Origin: Bdellovibrionales bacterium | GTDB lineage: Bacteria > Bdellovibrionota > Bdellovibrionia > Bdellovibrionales > UBA1609 | Assembly (NCBI GenBank): GCA_965199825.1 | Contig: OZ241329.1 | Coordinates: 1,088,001 to 1,152,000, forward strand | Direction: 5' to 3' | Length of the DNA stretch: 64,000 bases | In this document: in pieces, positions 58,864 to 64,000 of the stretch | Position numbering within the stretch: position 1 is the stretch's first letter | How the letters are laid out: each line of letters opens with the position of its first letter | The notes under the pieces: model-generated | What the model saw: the letters and a program-made list of their open reading frames with translations, nothing else | Told to the model about the DNA's origin: nothing | Database searches by the model: none | Program-made: the position numbers and the translations under genes

Positions 58864-59997
58864 ATTTTTATGGATCTCTTCGAGAGAATTTTGAAAGGTG
58901 ATGGTCCCATCTTTCTCGATCGTGCTAAATCGTTGGGGATATTTTTGAGTATGTAAAATCTGAGCCAATGACAGGCTCTGATAAGAATTGATATCGGTAA
59001 GAAGATCATGGTCAGCCCCTCGTACCAAGATAATTTGTGCCTGTGGACGGCTTGCTAAAATTTTGAGGTAGCGAAGATAAATTCGTCTTGGAATTACCGA
59101 ATCGCGTGTAGGAATAACCAACCGGATTTTTGAACTTGTCGAAATTTTTGGTAGAATCTCAAGGGCATCAATTGCTCGAATACCAAAATACAGTTTGGAT
59201 GCGCCATTACGCAAAAGCCGATCATTACTAAAGTGGGGAAATTTCATGAGGCCGGTTTCGAACAACTGGCTGTCATTGAACTCTCTCACCCAATTGGCCA
59301 AACCAAAGGACAAAGAATTAAATAAAGAATAAGAGCTGTCGACCGCGTCAACGAGTGTGGGAGCATAAAGCTTGTCCAGCGACATGGCCCCTGGTGCGAT
59401 CAGATCAAAACCAATTTCTCTTAAGCTTTCATCTTGAAGCATGAGGCTAGGCCCCAACCACGCACTATAAGAAAAAGTTGAGACCGCCTCAAGTTCGGGT
59501 CGTTGCGGCAGAGATGTATTTTGCCAAAACCGAGGTGTTCTCACAAAGTTTAGAAAATCTTTGGCAATTGCGAGTTGCGACTGCGCACTAATTTTAGGGA
59601 TCAGATGATTGGGGCCATTGTTTACGATTTCATTAATCCAAGTAGCGCCTTGCCCACGCAGTTCGACCACCACCACATGGACGTGTTCGCGACTCTGAAG
59701 GAGGAACTGAGAGTCTCGTGCGGTATTTTCGAGACTCGAATCGAGGCCCAAAAATTGAACAATAAATTTTGAACTTGGATGTCGTGCAGAATAAAGCTGG
59801 TAGCGGATTTCATGCGTGGGGTGTGAAGATGGAGTAAACCAAGATCCGGCTAACTGCTTTCGTCGCTCAAGCCATAAGGCGGGTGGAGTTGCCTCGCGAT
59901 AAACTCTTTCAAGATTAAAGCGCAGCTCGCGAGCACATTGGTCGGCATATGCGCCTAAACAAAAATTAAAAAGTAGAATAAGAACGCGGATCATCAC
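58846..59997 (-). CDS. Secreted alpha/beta-hydrolase-fold protein
   Basis: ELRGQG, nucleophile-like TFSYS, DSVIP, GADHD. Signal peptide followed by DQCAREL. Confidence 0.7.
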   Translation of the reverse strand: MMIRVLILLFNFCLGAYADQCARELRFNLERVYREATPPALWLERRKQLAGSWFTPSSHPTHEIRYQLYSARHPSSKFIVQFLGLDSSLENTARDSQFLLQSREHVHVVVVELRGQGATWINEIVNNGPNHLIPKISAQSQLAIAKDFLNFVRTPRFWQNTSLPQRPELEAVSTFSYSAWLGPSLMLQDESLREIGFDLIAPGAMSLDKLYAPTLVDAVDSSYSLFNSLSFGLANWVREFNDSQLFETGLMKFPHFSNDRLLRNGASKLYFGIRAIDALEILPKISTSSKIRLVIPTRDSVIPRRIYLRYLKILASRPQAQIILVRGADHDLLTDINSYQSLSLAQILHTQKYPQRFSTIEKDGTITFQNSLEEIHKNLIFEN

Positions 59998-60032
59998 TTG
60001 CCACCCCCCGGTGAAGTCGCTACATCATAGCA

Positions 60033-60425
60033 GTGATGGAATCTCATTCAAATAAGATGTTGCAAGAGTTGTCGAGTCTAATGCTTAAGATCCACAAGGA
60101 TCTGATGAATCTGCAGATGATCGAATATTCGCAGGCTCATGGTCCTGTGGTCTCGCCCAATCAAAAATTAAATTTGCTGTTGAATCACTCTGATTTTCAG
60201 TGGTTTAGACCTTTAAGCACTTTGATTTCGGTGATTGATGGACTGGTTTTTCAAAAAGAGCCGTTAACCCCAAAGCAAATCAGTGAGGCCGAGGATCAGA
60301 TTCGTGCCCTATTTTTTTCAAGCGAACTCAGCGAGTTTCAAAAACATTATAAGGCCGCGCTGCTTGATCATCCAGAGACAGTCCTTCTTCATCAAAAATT
60401 AAAATCGATTATGGAACTGCAGTGA
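60033..60425 (+). CDS. Hypothetical protein
   Basis: LLKIHK..L...FQWFRPLSxLI..ID pattern; first gene of an overlapping gene run. Confidence 0.7.
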   Translation: MMESHSNKMLQELSSLMLKIHKDLMNLQMIEYSQAHGPVVSPNQKLNLLLNHSDFQWFRPLSTLISVIDGLVFQKEPLTPKQISEAEDQIRALFFSSELSEFQKHYKAALLDHPETVLLHQKLKSIMELQ

Positions 60426-61117
60426 TTATTTTTGTTTTTTTGTTTCGGTGCTTCGCACTTTGTTTTGCAATGGATCCCTTCGAAATTCAGGTGTACGATG
60501 GTAAGGTCAATGAGGTGCATGAGAACTCATTAGAAAATCATCTCAACAAGGGTGACGACGCCCATCTTACCTTTGAGTTTGCACATGGAATGACTCCTTA
60601 CTGGGAGTTAGGGGCTTATCTTCAAACCGCATTGAATGCCCAAAATCAGTACCGCTATGGTGGGGCCAAACTCAGAACAAAATTTGTGAATCCAACCGTT
60701 AAGCCTTGGCATCTTGGTGTCAATTTTGAAATTGCAAATATCCCAACTGAATTTGAAGAGGACCGCTGGGGCGGCGAGATGCGACCGATCATTGGTTATG
60801 AGTGGAAGCGTCTCCTCATTTTGGCCAATCCCATATTAGAGTTTGGTCGGGTCAATGGGCCGATTCGAACGCCTTCGTTTTCACCGGCTGTTAAAATTGG
60901 TTACGACACCCTCCAAGGCTACCGATTAGGTTTCGAATATTATGCGAGTTTTGAAGCCTTAAATGCCTTAAAAAGTTTGGATGAGTCCGAACAATATTTG
61001 TTTGGAGCCTATGACTTGTTAAATTCAAATTTAGAATTGAATGTTGCGGTGGGATTTGGGTTTGGTGCACCTAGCGTCAACTCGATCGTAAAAGTCATTT
61101 TTGGATTTCCGCTGTGA
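60422..61117 (+). CDS. Probable small outer-membrane beta-barrel protein
   Basis: Signal peptide; DPFEIQVYD; amphipathic strands; ends FGFPL. Confidence 0.65.
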   Translation: MIIFVFLFRCFALCFAMDPFEIQVYDGKVNEVHENSLENHLNKGDDAHLTFEFAHGMTPYWELGAYLQTALNAQNQYRYGGAKLRTKFVNPTVKPWHLGVNFEIANIPTEFEEDRWGGEMRPIIGYEWKRLLILANPILEFGRVNGPIRTPSFSPAVKIGYDTLQGYRLGFEYYASFEALNALKSLDESEQYLFGAYDLLNSNLELNVAVGFGFGAPSVNSIVKVIFGFPL

Positions 61118-61929
61118 TGATTCCGGCATTATTTTGTTGCTCGGTGATCGCAGGATTTTTGGGAGCCTTGCTTGGCATTGGTGGCGGGATTTTGATCATC
61201 CCTTTTTTAACCCTTTTTCTTCATATCGATATTCGCTTTGCGATCGCGGCGAGTTTGATCTCGATTGTTGCAACCTCCTCTGGAGCTGCAGCAAGTTTTT
61301 TGCGCGACCATTTGACCAATCTTCGAGTGGCGGTGCTGCTCGAAGTCGGTACGGTGTTTGGGGCAATCACTGGCTATTTGATTTCTCATAAAATTGAGAG
61401 TCGATATCTGTTTTTATTATTTGGATTTTTTTTACTCTTTTCAGCGGCGATGATGCTCAAAAAACGCGAAGATTCTTTGGCGCATCAGGATCATCCTTGG
61501 TCCAAGGCGCTCAAACTTTCGGGCAGTTTTCCAAATGAAAAAGGTCAGATGGTGACCTATCCGGTAGACCATGTGCCACTCGGATTGATCTTAATGTATG
61601 TTGCCGGAATTTTATCTGCACTCTTAGGTATTGGGAGTGGAATTTTAAAAGTCTTGGCAATGGATAGTGCAATGAAGCTGCCGATGAAAGTGTCTTCAGC
61701 TACTTCCAACTTTATGATTGGGGTAACCGCAACCGCGAGCGCGGGAGCTTATTTTTTTGAAGGATCTGTGCGCCCACAAATCGCTGGGCCTGTGGCTTTG
61801 GGAATTATTGTGGGATCTTTTTTTGGTGCACAGCAAATGTTAAAAATAAAATCTAAAACGATTCGGATCCTTTTTATTGTGGTGCTGGTTATTGCTTCAA
61901 TCCAGATGATTCAAAAGGGATTAACTTGA
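61114..61929 (+). CDS. TauE/SafE (TSUP) family exporter
   Basis: GALLGIGGG, LLGIGSG, ATSNFMIGVTA. Confidence 0.92.
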   Translation: MMIPALFCCSVIAGFLGALLGIGGGILIIPFLTLFLHIDIRFAIAASLISIVATSSGAAASFLRDHLTNLRVAVLLEVGTVFGAITGYLISHKIESRYLFLLFGFFLLFSAAMMLKKREDSLAHQDHPWSKALKLSGSFPNEKGQMVTYPVDHVPLGLILMYVAGILSALLGIGSGILKVLAMDSAMKLPMKVSSATSNFMIGVTATASAGAYFFEGSVRPQIAGPVALGIIVGSFFGAQQMLKIKSKTIRILFIVVLVIASIQMIQKGLT

Positions 61930-62267
61930 AACTTGAATTGACGATTGCCAAAATTTTGCGGGTTGGTGTTTTAATTTCGGCGATATTATTAGCGGCAGGA
62001 CTCTTAGCTCAATTTAAATCCACAGACTTTAGCCTTTATCAAAATTATTCCGAAATGCCGCTGAAGACCGCGTTGGCGCAGGCGATCGATCAGCAACAGT
62101 GGGGGCTCTTGACGTCCTACGCAGGCCTTGCTGTGCTGATTTTACTTCCTTTACTTCGGGTGGGACTCACCATGATTGTTTTTGCGCTTCAGCGCGATTT
62201 TATATTGGCATTTATTTCGGCAATTGTTCTTACAGGCCTACTGATCAGTGTGCGCCTCGGATTTTAA
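61926..62267 (+). CDS. DUF1634 family membrane protein
   Basis: IAKILRVGV...LILLPLLRV; usual partner of TauE genes. Confidence 0.85.
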   Translation: MKLELTIAKILRVGVLISAILLAAGLLAQFKSTDFSLYQNYSEMPLKTALAQAIDQQQWGLLTSYAGLAVLILLPLLRVGLTMIVFALQRDFILAFISAIVLTGLLISVRLGF

Positions 62268-62342
62268 AAACCGTTTTTTAACTCGCAAAAGATTTGATTC
62301 ACTACTAAAACTTTATCTTCACAATAACTTTGGGGAGGTCTC

Positions 62343-63791
62343 TTGAGCACACCACGTATCACAGTCGCGCACGGCGATGGAATCGGGCCAGAAATCATGG
62401 CGGCGACACTAAGTACTCTTGAAAAAGCGGGTGCACAGCTTGCTTACGACACCATCGAAATTGGTGAAAAAGTTTATCATCGCGGACAAACTGCGGGCAT
62501 TGATGATTCCTCTTGGGATTTGTTACTAAAAAATAAAATCTTTTTGAAAGCTCCCATTACCACACCCCAAGGTGGCGGTTTTAAAAGTTTGAATGTGACG
62601 GTTAGAAAAACTCTTGGGCTTTATTCTAATGTGCGCCCTTGCCGGGCGTACTCGCCATTTGTCACAACCAAACATCCAAAAATGGATTTGGTGATCATCC
62701 GCGAAAATGAAGAAGATCTTTATGCCGGCATTGAACACCGGCAAACTCATGAAGTTTACCAGTGCTTAAAACTGATCACGCGTCCTGGAACCGAAAAAAT
62801 AGTGCGATACGCTTTTGAGTTTGCCAAACGAGCTAAGCGAAAAAAGGTCACCTGTTTTACCAAAGACAACATTATGAAAATGACCGATGGGTTATTTCAT
62901 AAAGTGTTTGATGAAATCGCGGCTGAATATCCCGACATTGAACGTGAACATTGGATCGTTGATATTGGTGCGGCCAAGCTTGCTGATACTCCAGAAGCTT
63001 TTGATGTGATTGTGATGCCCAATCTTTACGGCGATATTTTAAGTGATGTTGCGGCTCAAATTGCTGGATCTGTGGGACTTGCGGGATCTTCAAACATTGG
63101 CGAGCAGTGCTCGATGTTTGAGGCGATTCATGGATCTGCACCTCGCAGGGCCAACCAAAATTTGGCCAATCCTTCGGGCTTAATGCTCGCAGCCGTGCAG
63201 ATGCTGGTTCATATGGGTCAAGGCCAAGCCGCAGCCAAATTTCACAACGCTTGGCTCAAGACAATCGAAGATGGAATTCACACATACGATATCTTTCGCG
63301 AAGGTCAGAGTCGCAAAAAAGTGGGAACAAAAGAATTTGCAATGGCAGTTTGTGAGCGTATGGGTGAGGAGCCAAAAACTCTTCAAGCCGCAAAATATTC
63401 TGACGAAGCACCACTCGATCTTCGATATAAAAATACCGCCACAAAATTGGCTAAAAAAGAATTGGTGGGGATTGATATTTTTGTTCAGGAGAATGATCGC
63501 GATCCAGAAGCTTTGGCCAAAAAAATTCACTCCGCTCTTAAAGATATACCCCTTGAGCTGCAGATGATTTCGAACCGAGGTCTTAAAGTTTATCCTCATG
63601 GCCGTAAAGAAACTTTTTGTACCGATCATTGGCGCTGCCGATTTATGGCGCCCAAGGATCAAACCACCGATCAACAGACTTTTTGTAAATTGATGATCGA
63701 AATGGCAAATGCAAAAATGGATGTGATCAAGACAGAAAATCTTTATCTTTTTGATGGAGAAAAAGGCTTTTCACTCGGACAGGGTCAATAA
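62343..63791 (+). CDS. icd: NADP-dependent isocitrate dehydrogenase (long type with C-terminal extension)
   Basis: GDGIGPEI, SLNVTVRK, PNLYGDILSD, FEAIHGSAP, TDHWRCRF. Confidence 0.95.
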   Translation: MSTPRITVAHGDGIGPEIMAATLSTLEKAGAQLAYDTIEIGEKVYHRGQTAGIDDSSWDLLLKNKIFLKAPITTPQGGGFKSLNVTVRKTLGLYSNVRPCRAYSPFVTTKHPKMDLVIIRENEEDLYAGIEHRQTHEVYQCLKLITRPGTEKIVRYAFEFAKRAKRKKVTCFTKDNIMKMTDGLFHKVFDEIAAEYPDIEREHWIVDIGAAKLADTPEAFDVIVMPNLYGDILSDVAAQIAGSVGLAGSSNIGEQCSMFEAIHGSAPRRANQNLANPSGLMLAAVQMLVHMGQGQAAAKFHNAWLKTIEDGIHTYDIFREGQSRKKVGTKEFAMAVCERMGEEPKTLQAAKYSDEAPLDLRYKNTATKLAKKELVGIDIFVQENDRDPEALAKKIHSALKDIPLELQMISNRGLKVYPHGRKETFCTDHWRCRFMAPKDQTTDQQTFCKLMIEMANAKMDVIKTENLYLFDGEKGFSLGQGQ

Positions 63792-63794
63792 AGT

Positions 63795-64000
63795 TTAGCG
63801 AACATAAAATGGATTCGTATAAATCCACGGAATCCATTTTTTGCCATCAGGCAACGGCAGTGTTGGAATCACTCGAACCATGACTCGGTAAACCCCTGGA
63901 AGATGAAGGGGCATCCGAGTCAGTTTCGAATTTGAGGTCATTAATTTTTCACCATTGCGAAAGATAATTACATCCATCGGCACTTGAGGCTTCATCGGAA
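63795..64000 (-). CDS. C-terminal part of a protein truncated by the window edge (possibly PHP-domain)
   Basis: PGVYRV...WIYTNPFYV C-terminus; the frame extends beyond the window. Confidence 0.55.
   Translation of the reverse strand, partial: PMKPQVPMDVIIFRNGEKLMTSNSKLTRMPLHLPGVYRVMVRVIPTLPLPDGKKWIPWIYTNPFYVR

Overview
Chromosomal segment of a bacterium that is very probably a member of Bdellovibrionota. The evidence is a Bdellovibrio-type Flp/Tad pilus cluster ending in an RHS/YD protein and a small Bd0108(hit)-like CxxC protein, followed by cheY, dedA and groEL-groES, plus many small signal-peptide hypothetical proteins and sigma28-like promoters. Housekeeping genes include tRNA-Asn(GTT), a DnaQ-like exonuclease, a ferredoxin, groESL and icd. 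Four accessory features stand out. (1) An ~11 kb operon (9685-20547, minus) encodes a PrkA/YeaG AAA ATPase, a 1783-aa Clp/Hsp100-like ATPase and a SpoVR-YeaH fusion. All three normally cytoplasmic families here carry N-terminal signal peptides. (2) A short Cys-x-x-x-Leu tag recurs just after the signal peptide or near the C-terminus of about ten unrelated secreted proteins, including those three, and may be a sorting signal. (3) An HNH nuclease gene in the hit locus has a hairpin-rich upstream region with a GCGGGCACGA repeat array at ~33-bp periodicity. (4) Five tandem, divergent paralogous secreted genes lie next to groEL. All family assignments come from recognising motifs by eye. No searches were run.
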